63,584 nt of DNA, filler included, from Octopus bimaculoides (GCF_001194135.2; 6 parts of 6 records of this genome joined end to end with filler, not necessarily neighbours in it); one strand, 5' to 3'. Positions 12,420 to 24,764 are shown, counted from the first letter of the whole stretch. The notes: generated by a model not told the origin, from the letters alone. Translations and numbers: made by a program.

Positions 12420-12612
12420 TATTGATTTCAAATTTTGGCACAAGGCCAGCCAGTTCCGGGATGGGGATACATCGATTACTTATTTTATCGACCCTGAAAG
12501 GATGAAAGGTAAAGTCGACCTTGGTGGAAATTGAACTCAAAGCGTGAAGACGGACGAAATGCCGCTGAGCATTTCACCCGGCATGCTAGCAATTCTGCCA
12601 GCTCGCCGCCCT
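12420..12612 (-). mobile_element. SINE family B
   Basis: Reverse complement of the family B consensus seen at 6810. Confidence 0.8.
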
Positions 12613-12912
12613 ACGCCCATCAAATATTAACGGATCCTTTTGGATCTCTGGGACCTGGATAAGTGTATGAGTAGAATCCCACTCTTATAGGTCCTATTCA
12701 AAGATCAGATCACGAGGACAAACATTCATCCCTTGGATAACTTATAAGTTATAAAAATATAGGAGAGTATTGTAGTTCGCTTGAAACATTGTGTATTGTT
12801 TGGAAACAATAATAATAATGAATAGTAATAATGTGTTTTGGATGACACAACAATGCACTATAATAACAACGATGGACTATAATAACTGGTGTAATTTAAC
12901 TATCCATAGTCT

Positions 12913-12954
12913 GATATAATATTTCGGAATACAAAAATTCCTTCTTCAGATATC
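12913..12954 (-). ncRNA. minimal type I hammerhead ribozyme (left arm of palindrome)
   Basis: Minus: gatat-CTGAAGA-A-GGAAT-ttttgt-ATTCC-GAAA-TAT-T-atatc. Intact core, 5-bp stem II, 5-bp stem I, ATAT stem III. Confidence 0.85.
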
Positions 12955-13093
12955 CCTAGGGATTGATCAAGTCACTGTTACAGTCGATTTTCCAACGTTG
13001 GAAAATCGATTGTAACAGTGACTTGATCAAACCCTAGGGATATCTGGAGAAGTTGGAAAATCGATTGTAACAGTGACTCGATCAATCCCTAGA

Positions 13094-13135
13094 GATATCT
13101 GAAGAAGGAATTTTTGTATTCCGAAATATTATATC
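13094..13135 (+). ncRNA. minimal type I hammerhead ribozyme (right arm of palindrome)
   Basis: gatat-CTGAAGA(13099-13105)-A-GGAAT-ttttgt-ATTCC-GAAA(13123-13126)-TAT-T-atatc. Predicted cleavage after 13130. Confidence 0.85.
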
Positions 13136-15060
13136 AGACTATGGATAGTTAAATTACACCAGTTATTATAGTCCATCGTTGTTATTATAGTGCATTGTTG
13201 TGTCATTCAAAACACATTATTACCATTTATTATTATTGTTTATAAAAATATGTTTAAAAGTGTTAATTTCTTGACTTTCTTTGAACAGCAATATTCTACC
13301 ACCCATAATGTCACATACTTTCTCTTGTTTTAAGTACAAAGCCTTCATGTTTCAGAAGAATATGATTAGTCATCCAACCTAGGGGTCTTGTTGGAGCATT
13401 ACCGACAAAACTAAAATCACTTGACTTAAACCATGATTAGAAATTGAAACTACATTCCAGATTCTTTTCATCCGAAATAGACATCATGTTATAATGGATT
13501 CGTTTCAACTGGATTCCACCCCAAACCTATAATTCAGTGATAAAACAGGATGTTACGATGGTCATGTGTAGCAATTAAAGTTACGATAATTTCAGTATCA
13601 GGAATAGGAACTATTTTCCAAACAAAACTTATCCTAAAGTTTGTCTCATGTTCTAGAGCAATCACTATTAGTCATTACAACATTATTTACTTGCACCTAG
13701 CGCAAAGTCTAAATTGTGGTAACTAAAAATATAGCACTCGTGAATAAAGAATAAATACACATTTACAAACAATGACGTGGTAGTTTGTATAACGACATAC
13801 GTTTTCTCATTTCTAGAATTGGTCAAAAATGAAAAGAAAAGTGAAGCCCAAATATCTAAAATTGCCAGATAAGTTATGGTCATGGAGCTGACATTTTCTT
13901 AGGATTAATAACTTTACAACGCATATTTACAACATTTACATCTGGACTACTTTTCGATCGGTTCAATATCAGATCTTCATTAGATACCGTATTTGATGGT
14001 ATATAAGGCACGCTTTGGGTTGTTTGCTTGTTTTGTTTTTTGCTTTCCATTTTTTTTCCAGAAAAAAGTGTCACAAAAAAAATTACCACGGGTCCAATAT
14101 AAGAAGCTTGGCCTCCCTATAAGCTTTGATGCACTAAAATTTTGTTTTTTATTCTGAATACTGAATATGCGCTACTAAAATTAGGATGTGTCTCGTCTGC
14201 TCGTGCCTTTTTAGGACATGGTCGGCAAAGCTCTTAAACAGTGTTTAACACCAGATGCAATATGAACAGTAGTTGTAGCTTTCAGTCGAGAAATTCTTCA
14301 GGTAACATACTATAACATTTCAACATTCAACACCAAAATGAACTCCTCTTTTCAAATAAACAAATAAGGTTATGCAAGGATTAAGCAACTGTTTGGTTGG
14401 CGAAGAATAATTTTGTTTTTCTTTGATACTCCAGGTTGAACATTTTTTTCATAAACTTAAGTTTAGCAAATTCATTCAGGCAAATTTCTATTGCAATGGC
14501 TTTATCAAGAATTGCAGTAGACTTTGCTCACATGTGATACATGCTTACACTTGCAGCTTTGCTTATATGTGGCAGGACTGCTCTTTCTGCCTTCAAGTTG
14601 TCACTTAACCTTGTGCGCNNNNNNNNNNNNNNNNNNNNNNNNNNNNNNNNNNNNNNNNNNNNNNNNNNNNNNNNNNNNNNNNNNNNNNNNNNNNNNNNNN
14701 NNNNNNNNNNNNNNNNNNATATATATCTTTACACATATATATAAACATATATGTATTTATATATATGTATATACATATACATATATATTACATACATACA
14801 CACACATATATACACACTTATATATATACATGCATGCATACATACATACAAACATACATGTGTGTGTGTGTGTGTGTGTGTGTGCTTATGTGCGTGTGTA
14901 TGTATGTATTTTGTAACCCTATATACACGCACGGATATCTCTTCATGATTTATTGCATGAACAATTAAGACCAAGTTGCCAACACCCTGTTCTGCATGCA
15001 TGAATGTATATACATATGCGCAGAGCTATATACGTGTTATATAAATACAAATATAGTTAC

Positions 15061-15447
15061 TCTCTCTTTTACTCCCTTTTACTTGTTTCAGTCATTTGAC
15101 TGCGGCCATGCTGGGGCACCGCCTTTTTAGTCGAGCAAATCGACCCCAGGACTTATTCTATCGATCTCTTTTGCCGAACCGCTAAGTTACGGGGACATAA
15201 ACACACCAGCATCGGTTGTCAAGCGATGTTGGGGGGACAAACACAGACAAACATATACACACACATACATATATATATATACATATATACGACGGGCTTC
15301 TTTCAGTTTCCGTCTACCAAATCCACTCACAAGGCTTTGGTCGGCCCGAGACTATAGTAGATGACACTTGCCCAAGGTGCCACGCAGTGGGAATGAACCC
15401 GGAACCATGTGGTTGGTAAGCAAGCTACTTACCACACAGCCACTCCT
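15061..15447 (-). mobile_element. tRNA-derived SINE family A, full length
   Basis: Colinear with 5612-6176 and 23670-24068. Confidence 0.9.
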
Positions 15448-15689
15448 ATATTTTCTCTTCCTGATTACAATTTTAAAGTTTATTTCTTTGACTTCCGGCT
15501 CGTCATTCATCACACAATCATTCACCTATGAAATTTCTGAGACATCCATTCAGATATTTATTGGTCCAGATATCATTGTTGCATGTTCATTTTGGAGCTA
15601 CACCCTTCTTCCATGACTCCAAATCCAGCCGTAATTTGATCCGGGCGGATTAATTAATTCATATCTTCGCTCTAACAATAATAGATATA

Positions 15690-15875
15690 CCTGGAATTTT
15701 GGGGGAGTGGATAATCGATTACATCAACCCTAGTACTCAACTGGTCCTTATTTTATTGGCTTCGAAAGGATGAAAGACAAAGTCAACCTCGGTGGAATTT
15801 GCACTCAGAACATTGAGGCGGACAAAATGACGCTATGCATTTTGTTCGGCGTGAAAGCCATTTTGCCAAGTGGTT
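15690..15875 (-). mobile_element. SINE family B, diverged
   Basis: aaggatgaaagacaaagtcaacctcggtggaatttg core. Confidence 0.7.
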
Positions 15876-16225
15876 CAGTTAACAATAATACACATAAAAC
15901 AGGAGACATTTCTAAAGCCACCGTCAATGGTTGATAGACGTCTTCTTTCTGTATTTTTCTCGGTACAATGAAAGCATGTGGGAAGCTGATTCTCTCGTGA
16001 GAGAATCTTCTATTTTGTGGTCCCAAACAACAATATTCAGGATAGTTGTTTCTAGATTTCGTTACTATTTGTATTGTTCCACCAACCTTCCTTTTTACTC
16101 ATCACTCCGAATCTGTTCAGTATGAGCATATATGCACGTATGTATGTATGTATGTATGTATGTATGTATGTATGTATGTATGTATGTATGTCATTATTGA
16201 GTTTTGTTTCAAGACTTCTTCCTAC

Positions 16226-16625
16226 TAGAGAGAAAGTCGGTTTCTAACTTAGATCCAAGGCTCCTTCATTGGAATTTTGTTCGTGTGTATGTATGTATGT
16301 ATGTATGTATGTATGTATGTATTTATGTATGCGTGCAGATTTGTATGTTTTGTTTTATGTATGTATTTCTCATGTTTATAGTTGCATGTACACAGTTTCT
16401 CTTCTCTGCCCCAAATCATTATATCAGATCTATTGTACTTACATATTATTGAGGTTTTCACTGGGACATTCCACCAGTATTCCTTTTTATTATGAGTGGC
16501 TTTGGCTTCTCCCATACTGCGGGTTCTTATTTTTGTGTCATTGGGGTTATCCTTCCGACGGATCTCGTTATACAGTGTCCTGGCTACAACATCATCAGTA
16601 GATAATAATACCATGATGACATTTT
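16226..16625 (-). mobile_element. RLE-type (NeSL/R4-like) non-LTR retrotransposon 3' fragment with internal deletion
   Basis: Translation DDVVARTLYNEIRRKDNP...KEYWWNVPVKTSIICKYNRSDIMIWGREEKLCT covers the start of a PD-(D/E)xK restriction-like endonuclease domain. It is joined to a 3' UTR shared with 16990 and 17790. Confidence 0.8.
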
Positions 16626-16689
16626 CTTGTATGTTCGTTCGTTCGTTCGTTCGTTCTTTTCTTTTCTTTCTATTTTTAATTTCCGAGAC

Positions 16690-16912
16690 CGGACACCTAC
16701 TTGGTAACAAGGTTGTGAAGGAAAGCATCTTGTTTTAACCTCCATCCTTTAAATTTTAAGAAGGTCTTGAAGACTGTTACAGTCCCAGATATCGTGATCA
16801 TTTTTAGCACATGAATTAAGGATTTGCATTCTCTCCCCAGGATCCCAAGTTCTGCCAACTCCAGACAGGTTGGTGTGTATTCTGTTGCACCAATAATAGG
16901 TACGAAGCTGAA
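16690..16912 (-). mobile_element. C-terminus of a related RLE non-LTR element
   Basis: FSFVPIIGATEYTPTCLELAELG...LKMITISGTVTVFKTFLKF parallels the C-terminus at 17859-18083. Confidence 0.65.
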
Positions 16913-16989
16913 AATGTATGTATGCATGTATGTATGTATGTATGTATGTATGTTATCAATCAGTTTCATTTCTGTATTTCTTGTCCATA

Positions 16990-17237
16990 GAGAAAGAGCC
17001 GGACTCTAACATAGATTCAAGGCTCCTTCAGTGGAACTTTTATCAACATCATCTAGGTATTTGTGCATATGTGTGTGTGTGTGCAGTATTTGGTGTTAGT
17101 GTATGCGCAGATTTGTATGTTTGTTTTATGGATGCGTTTTTATGTCTAGATGCATGCATATGTATTTATGTGCTAAATTTTTGGAAAGTTTTACATATCT
17201 TTACAGTTCCATTGATGGCTTGAATCTGTAGTCTTCT
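16990..17237 (-). mobile_element. 3' end of the same RLE element (third copy)
   Basis: Shares caaggctccttca and gcagatttgtatgtt with the 16226 copy, and gcagatttgtatgtt and ttacagttcca with the 17790 copy. Confidence 0.7.
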
Positions 17238-17789
17238 NNNNNNNNNNNNNNNNNNNNNNNNNNNNNNNNNNNNNNNNNNNNNNNNNNNNNNNNNNNNNNN
17301 NNNNNNNNNNNNNNNNNNNNNNNNNNNNNNNNNNNNNNNNNNNNNNNNNNNNNNNNNNNNNNNNNNNNNNNNNNNNNNNNNNNNNNNNNNNNNNNNNNNN
17401 NNNNNNNNNNNNNNNNNNNNNNNNNNNNNNNNNNNNNNNNNNNNNNNNNNNNNNNNNNNNNNNNNNNNNNNNNNNNNNNNNNNNNNNNNNNNNNNNNNNN
17501 NNNNNNNNNNNNNNNNNNNNNNNNNNNNNNNNNNNNNNNNNNNNNNNNNNNNNNNNNNNNNNNNNNNNNNNNNNNNNNNNNNNNNNNNNNNNNNNNNNNN
17601 NNNNNNNNNNNNNNNNNNNNNNNNNNNNNNNNNNNNNNNNNNNNNNNNNNNNNNNNNNNNNNNNNNNNNNNNNNNNNNNNNNNNNNNNNNNNNNNNNNNN
17701 NNNNNNNNNNNNNNNNNNNNNNNNNNNNNGCATGCCTATCTCTATATATAAATGTATGTATGTATGTATGTATTTATGTGTATATGTAT

Positions 17790-18760
17790 GTATGCATGTG
17801 CAGATTTGTATGTTTTGTGTATGTATTCTCATGCATATAGTTGCATATCTAGACACGTTCATATATATTTAAATGATAAATTCTGCAGAGTTTTACAGAT
17901 TTTTACAGTTCCAGTGATGGATCGGATCTGCAGTCTTCGAATTAGCTTTCTCCTTTCTGGTTTTGAAAATCTTAATTTCTCAAGATTGGTATTTAGGCAT
18001 TGTGTTAGATATCTCACGGCTCCAATAATTACTGGTACAAACCTGAACTTGTAATCTGGATAGAGTAACTGTAAATTTCTCAATAGTTCAGCATAGGTAT
18101 TCTCTTTTCACCGATCTTCAGTTTTATGTTAACATCCGCTGGGCAGCTAATTTCCACAACTGTGCAGTTTCTCTTCTCTATACCAAACCATTATATCAGG
18201 TCTGTTGTGCTTACAATTTATTGAGGTTTTCACTGGGACATTCCACCAGTATTCGTTTGGCTTCTATCACAACACCCTGCCTCGTTGGTAAACAGTAACG
18301 CTATGTAAAGCTCCATCGTTGGAATACAGGTAGCAAAAACAGTGTTGCATGGTGAACTTGAGAAAAGTCTTCCATATTTTCACTGATGGGATTACAGAGT
18401 ATGATAATTTGTAACATGTGAAATATGAAGCCACATCCTTTCTCCAAGAATCCAAATACAGCCATACTTTGATCCAGATGGATATGTCCATATCTTATCG
18501 CTCTAACAATAATAGATATAAAACTGAATGTATTTAAAAACTCTCCACTAATGGTCGATAAATATCTTCTTTCTCTTGTACTTTTTTTTTTGCTACATTG
18601 ACAGTATGTGAGAAGCTGATTCCCACATGAGAGCGTCTTATATTTTGTGGTCCAAAACAACCATATGCCGACTGGTTGTGTCTTAGTTTAGATACTTTTG
18701 TTTTTGTAGTTTTATTTTCCACCAAATTTTTTTGATCTATTAGAGGCGATATGTTCATTT
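17790..18760 (-). mobile_element. RLE-type (NeSL/R4-like) non-LTR retrotransposon, longest 3' fragment
   Basis: EYWWNVPVKTSINCKHNRPDIMVW.REEKLCTVVEISCPADVN...LRNLQLLYPDYKFRFVPVIIGAVRYL...ITGTVKICKTLQNL, frameshifted. The 5' part also matches 15925-16090. Confidence 0.85.
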
Positions 18761-19159
18761 ACGTATGTCTGCATTTACGGATGGTTGGATGCTTGCATGG
18801 GCGGACGGATGAATGGGTTGAAGGATATGAATGCATGTAAGTGTGTATATATATATGGGCATATGTGTAGCTATGTATATGTATGCATGTATGCATGTAT
18901 ATGTGAATACGCATGCACGTTTCTGTGCAGATATGCATGTGTGTTGTATGTATGCATGTGTGTGCGTATGTGTGGGTTTGTATACGAATGTATAGATGTA
19001 TGTATGAGTATATGTGTGTATGAGCGCATGTATACATATGTGTTTATCCGTGTATATGTNNNNNNNNNNNNNNNNNNNNNNNNNNNNNNNNNNNNNNNNN
19101 NNNTTAATTAATTAANNNNNNNNNNNNNNNNNNNNNNNNNNNNNNNNNNNNNNNNNNNN

Positions 19160-19190
<31 letters not shown>

Positions 19191-19427
19191 TATTAGGATT
19201 CAGGTGAATAAGGCACTTAACTGGTAAGGCAATGGATCGGGTTGAAATTAAAATGCATACACAGCAACAATAGACGAATACAAACGATGGTACCGGAGTA
19301 CAGTCAGAAAGTTATTCAGGTTATGTATACAATTACTTGAGCTCTACTTGGGCTAATCTAGAAATGTACATTGTATTAAATATAGGGCCCATAATATACT
19401 TCGGAACACACGAGGAGCAAGTTCTCA

Positions 19428-19472
<45 letters not shown>

Positions 19473-19529
19473 GCACGCACGCACGCACGCACGCATACAT
19501 ACATATATACATACATACATACAGAAATA

Positions 19530-19792
19530 ATGACTGCAACATCAATAGCATCATAGAGCAGCAACAGTTCTGCTCTGACAGGGACTACTTCGCCTGTGTC
19601 TGCTGTGGCCGGCACAGGAATCTGTGGGTGCGTAGACTAGGCAATAGAAAGAGTGCAACATGTCCAGATTGCCACAACATATCCATGCAGTTTATCACTG
19701 TCTGTTCTTCAGCAAAGCTGAGGGCACTCGACCGACTGCCCTTGTGTTATATGACTGTTCAATTAGAGCAAAACGAGGCCCAGGTCCACTGA
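19530..19792 (+). pseudogene. possible LINE ORF2 C-terminal zinc-knuckle relic
   Basis: ACVCCGRHRNLWVRRLGNRKSATCPDCHN...FITVC loosely resembles the RLRxGHxxL...HRIG...CPxC...H...C tail of I/Nimb-type LINEs. Confidence 0.3.
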
Positions 19793-19845
19793 AAATTGCG
19801 GTAGATTTCAGAGTAAGGCTCCCGAAAAGTCTAAGGGCTAAATAA

Positions 19846-20066
19846 GTGGTCCTCAACTGGACTCCATATAGGATTTAGTATTTAAAGATTATGTGCAATA
19901 GATTGCTTTTACTTCTATAATATACAAAATATTTGAACATTTTTTAATAAAATTCTTATTATAAAAATATAATGGGATTTTTAATAATTTCAAATGGCTA
20001 TGAAAGTCCTATAGAATGAAATAGGGATCAAAGTGTCCGCGGGTAAAAAGTGGTTGAAAACCTCTA
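19846..20066. mobile_element. hAT-type MITE, diverged
   Basis: Ends agtggtcctcaac ... gttgaaaacct resemble the CAGTGxTTCTCAAC TIR also seen at 50020. Confidence 0.45.
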
Positions 20067-20379
20067 CACAGAAGCTCTGGACACGTAGCAATTTTAGCAA
20101 TATTACAAATTTTAATATCATTAATTCAGACTTAAGGACACGATTTCCTTTGTGAAATTTTCTGTAGCAAAGATCTTCAACGATCAACAATAATATTTTA
20201 AGATAAAAATAAGAGAATATACATCTATTCAAATGATAGGATTATTTATTGAAAGTTTGAACACATTTTCGTGAGTTATTTTAATGTATCCACTGACACA
20301 GAATTGATAATTCTCATAACTAAACAGAATATGCTTTACGTGTATTTATTTTATTAACAAATGTTTTTATTATTTCACT

Positions 20380-21230
20380 GAAGTCAGCTCTCCCTTCACA
20401 ATATTAAGAACAGCTAGGTCACTCAGTATTTCCTGCGTCATCATGCTGCTGCACAATAAGTTCTTGATGATCATTGGTGTACTGAAAGATCTCTCAACAG
20501 ACTTTACCATAACTGCAAATGTACAGAAAAATTTTTTCAGTGCAATATGTACATTTACACATTTGAAAAATGCTTAACGTACGCATTGCAAATAAAATTA
20601 GGACCATTGCAAATATAGAGAGATAGTTGAACCTGCAAAACGCTTTTCAGTGCAGTTTGTCATGGAGAAAATAAGGCATAAAGGTGTCATCTTAGTCAGC
20701 TCAGAACGTCCTTTACTAGGCTTTAGTTCTCTTCAGCCCTAGACACCTCAGTCACTGTTTCGTGCATCTAATTATGCAATTTTACTATATTCAAAAGTGT
20801 ATTAGATCCCATTTCTTCACCATAATCTGGTGTATATATATTGTCTTAAGGTGCTTCATTTTATCCTGCATGCTTTTTTTGTGAGATCGTCTGGGTAACT
20901 TGTCCAACAATTTTGCACATGTAAAATTTTTGTCCGTCTTCTGACATGTTTCGATATTGCTTCAGAATGCAGAAACGGTGTATTGCGTTTACAGTGTCAA
21001 GATTATTTAAATACCCTGACAATAAACAAATCGGTCATAACAAAAAAGGACATTCCGTTTGAAATATGATTTAGGCTCTGATGAACAACTCCAAAAAATT
21101 TTGTTTCTTCATTGTAATCCTCAATGACAATGTCTTGATCTTTAATCAACTTGCCTTTTCCATTGGTGATTGGGCTTAATTTCGATTTCCTTAGGCAACT
21201 AATTTCGCCTCATTTCAAATTTATGACCAT
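20380..21230 (-). pseudogene. hAT transposase relic
   Basis: C-terminal dimerisation motif VKSVERSFSTPMIIKNLLCSSMMTQEILSDLAVLNI, with interrupted upstream frames. Confidence 0.6.
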
Positions 21231-21575
21231 GGTTGTGTGGTAAAGAAGATCATTTTGCAGCCACTCGGCTTCGGGTTAAGTTCCATTGACAGCAGACCCT
21301 GGGAAAATATCTATAGCACCCGGTCGACCAATAATTTGTAGGTAAATTTGGTAGAGGAAAACTATGTGGAATCACGTCGGAATATCTGTATATATGCATG
21401 TGTATGTGTGTCTTTGTGCTTGCCTTTGTCCCCACCACCACACCAGTGTTGGTTTGTTTACGTCCCGTAACTTAGCAGTTCGATAAAAAGACCGCTAGTA
21501 TAAGTACAAGACTGTAAAATATATGGACTGGAGCCCCAGCAAAGTCACAGTTCAATAAGTGAACTACTAGAATAT
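21226..21575 (+). mobile_element. SINE family A, old diverged copy
   Basis: ggttgtgtggtaagaag head and gtttacgtcccgtaacttagcagttcg body. Confidence 0.6.
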
Positions 21576-22356
21576 TTTTCCAAGAAGTTCAGCATGATCA
21601 CTTAAGAGACACTCTAGATTTGATGCCTCGACATATACTATATCATCTTTTGCCTGGATGATCTGATTTCTACTATCGATCTGTGCGAGAATCTTCAGCT
21701 ACATTGATACAAATGAAGTATGGCATATTTTTCATTACACCATTGATTTCATTAACGGGAGATCTAGTTTTGAGGTTAAGAGACAGAAGTCTCTTTAGTG
21801 CAGGTCGTATTGCAGAAAGACGAGCTGCAAATGGTCTCACACCTTTCACTGGGTCTGTCCAACGCATACTTGACAAAGCATGGATAGATGGGTTCGCCTA
21901 CATTAGCAACATTAAAAGAATGCTACATTACTACTAAGGAAATAAAATGATCTGTGTGTGTGTGTGTGTGAGTGTAATTGAAAATAATCGATGATTAAGT
22001 TATTATTTCATATTTGTTACTATTGAACACAGAAGCACGTAACAATTAATATTAGTCAATGCTACTCATTCGTGTCTATGAAATGAAAGTTTTTTTTTTT
22101 TTAGTTCAACCGGACCAAACCCCAAATATTAGTGAAGTTTGTTTGCCTCTCCTTCTTGAATTAAGAACGCAGTATTGGATTGGACAAGTTTGAAAATACT
22201 TTAAACCATCTTATGTTTTAAGAAGGCGATTTGTAATTCCTCCCACCCACCTTTACACTTTCCCTCCTATAAGAGATATTAGTTTAGACTATTTAAAGAT
22301 ACAGAGAACCTTTTAATGGTTGCGTGATTGGCGACGTGGTGGGTCAGGTAATTAGT

Positions 22357-22650
22357 CACGTGGCTGGTGGTGTTGTCGATAACATCCGTTATCAATATTG
22401 ATATCAGGCGATAGTCTTGCTTAAAAGACAGGCACGTGACTGATAGCGTTGTCAGTGACGTCCGCTCTTTTTGACAGTTATCAGCAAGCGGTTCCCCTTT
22501 ACGCTAATCACGTGGCTGGCAGTGCTGTCGATGAGGTTCGCTCTTTTTGACAGCTATATCAGCAGGCGATTTTACTGTAGAATAAGTAAACTCAGGAGGT
22601 TAGTTGTTGGCGTTGATGGTAACGTCCGCTTCTTTTGACAGATATCGTTT
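22357..22650. repeat. degenerate 76-bp tandem repeat (about 4 units)
   Basis: CACGTG recurs at 22357, 22433 and 22509 (exact 76-bp period). cgctctttttgacag recurs in units 2-4. Confidence 0.8.
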
Positions 22651-23669
22651 TGGTTTACAGATCTAAGGATGTGTTGTGGTGAGGAAAATTCTTTTTATTT
22701 CAAGTTATTAAATTTTCACATATATGTCGGAACTCGATCTGTTGAGAACAATCCGGGAGGTGGCGATCGAAACTGACATAATGTCACTTGAGATATTCAT
22801 TCTAAATTACTTTTTATGCACCCTTGGGCTTTTACGGATCTCCGGTGTCTTATTTCTGCTCTTCGCCTCTTCTTCCGTGCCCTCGTTAGGGCTACCTTTG
22901 GGCTATACAACAACAAACAACTACATGATGAAGGCTGAAACGTCTTTCATTACAGAACTGCTCAATCAGAGCTGACTTCTGGTTACAGTGACACTAATCT
23001 ACATGTCTGGAAATAATATACACATTTACGATAGTTAACAGCAGAAAAGGGTAAATTTGGCATATGATTCATAATTTAATTGTTTCGACAGCTGTTTCAA
23101 TGGAATAAACATGATCATTTACATATTTACGTAATTAACATACAAAATTAATTTAAATGTGATAAGTTACCCATTTCATCAGGAGAAAAGAGGAAAATAC
23201 AAATCAAACTATCGTTACAGATTTAAATACAATATATACGAGGCTAATGTGTGTGCGTGTGTGTGTGCGCGTATGTGTGCGTGTGTGTGTGTGCATGTGT
23301 GTGTGTGCGTGTGTGTGTGTGTGTGTGTGCGCGCGCTTTTGTATGACATTCATTGCATATACTGTATAATCATGGAGGGATGCGAGTCCAAAAGTCCCTC
23401 ATATCTCAGACGCTTACTTTCAAGTTTCGTTATTGCCTTTAACATGGCGGACTTATGACAATTTCTTTCTTGTTTTTCCACAATGCGAACGTTTTCTCGT
23501 TAATCACTTTATGTTGTTCAGGGGTTCTCAATCAGGGTCCATGTCAGAGTTTCTTGTTAAAATTTATGTACGATAAATCGGTTTTACTTTTACAATACAA
23601 TAAATATTTTAACAATTTTCTTTATACAGTCCCCAATAATAGTTCATTATAAAAATGTACAAGTATAGG

Positions 23670-24068
23670 TGCAGGAGTGTCTGTGTGATAAGTAGCTTGC
23701 CTACCAGCCACATGGTTCCAGGTTCAGTCCCACTGTGTGGCACCTTGGGAAAGTGTCTTCTTCTATAGCCTCGGGCCGACCAAAGCCTTGTGAGTGGATT
23801 TGGTAGACGGAAACTGAAAGAAGCTCGTCGTTTATATGTACATATATATACGTGTGTGTGTTTGTGTGTTTGTGTATGTCCCCCCAACATCGCTTGACAA
23901 CCGATGCTGGTGTGTTTACGCCCCCGTAACTTAGCGGTTCGGCAAAAGAGACCGATAGAATAAGTACTAGGCTTACAAAGAATAAGTCCTGGGGGTCAAT
24001 GTGCTCGACTAAAAGGTGGTGCTCCAGCATGACCGCAGTCAAATGACTGAAACAAGTAAAAGAGTAAG
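23670..24068 (+). mobile_element. tRNA-derived SINE family A, full length
   Basis: Complete head, internal (TG)n and gactgaaacaagtaaaagagtaa tail. Confidence 0.9.
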
Positions 24069-24308
24069 TATTTTTTTTTTAANNNNNNNNNNNNNNNNNN
24101 NNNNNNNNNNNNNNNNNNNNNNNNNNNNNNNNNNNNNNNNNNNNNNNNNNNNNNNNNNNNNNNNNNNNNNNNNNNNNNNNNNNNNNNNNNNNNNNNNNNN
24201 NNNNNNNNNNNNNNNNNNNNNNNNNNNNNNNNNNNNNNNNNNNNNNNNNNNNNNNNNNNNNNNNNNNNNNNNNNNNNNNNNNNNNNNNNNNNNNNNNNNN
24301 NNNNNNNN

Positions 24309-24375
<67 letters not shown>

Positions 24376-24764
24376 GTTACTTAGTATTATATTTATCGAC
24401 CCCAGAATGACAAAAGAGCAAGGTAACGTCAGTGAGGTTCTGTATAACTGTTGCAAACACCCTCTGGACGTTCTATCCAACGCTCTGACGACTCCGCCAA
24501 TTAGTCACCTTAGAAGTGGGCAGTGATGATTTATATTCATTTATTTTGTGAAGTCAGACTACACTGTTTTGTTATTTGAACAAGGCTTAGGGAAGAGGAG
24601 CATTATTCTCCACATCCGGCTTTGCGCCTAACATTCTGACATTCATTAGCATCATTCAGAAATCAAGGCTTTTCAGCTGGTCTTTGGCTGACAAATCATG
24701 TAATTCTGTTTGGAAACCTGCAGGGTGGTCCTTATATCGACCGAAATCCTTTTCATCGCTCATG

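Larger units (their letters stand above)
12804..13241. repeat. near-perfect ~190-bp inverted repeat with a 55-bp internal tandem duplication
   Basis: 12804-12996 is the reverse complement of 13052-13241, with about 4 substitutions in the inner part and small indels at the outer edge. 12997-13051 duplicates 13052-13106. The centre is ttttccaac|gttggaaaa. Confidence 0.95.

Noticed and set aside
19104-19115. TTAATTAATTAA embedded in N runs (also near 28012, 32924, 39470, 43573)
   Set aside because: An identical 12-mer centred in gaps, with stops in all six frames; this is a scaffold gap marker, not biology.
22926-22944. TGATGA-aggct-GAAACGTC hammerhead-like string
   Set aside because: C3 is missing, there is no room for stem II, and there is no stem I pairing.
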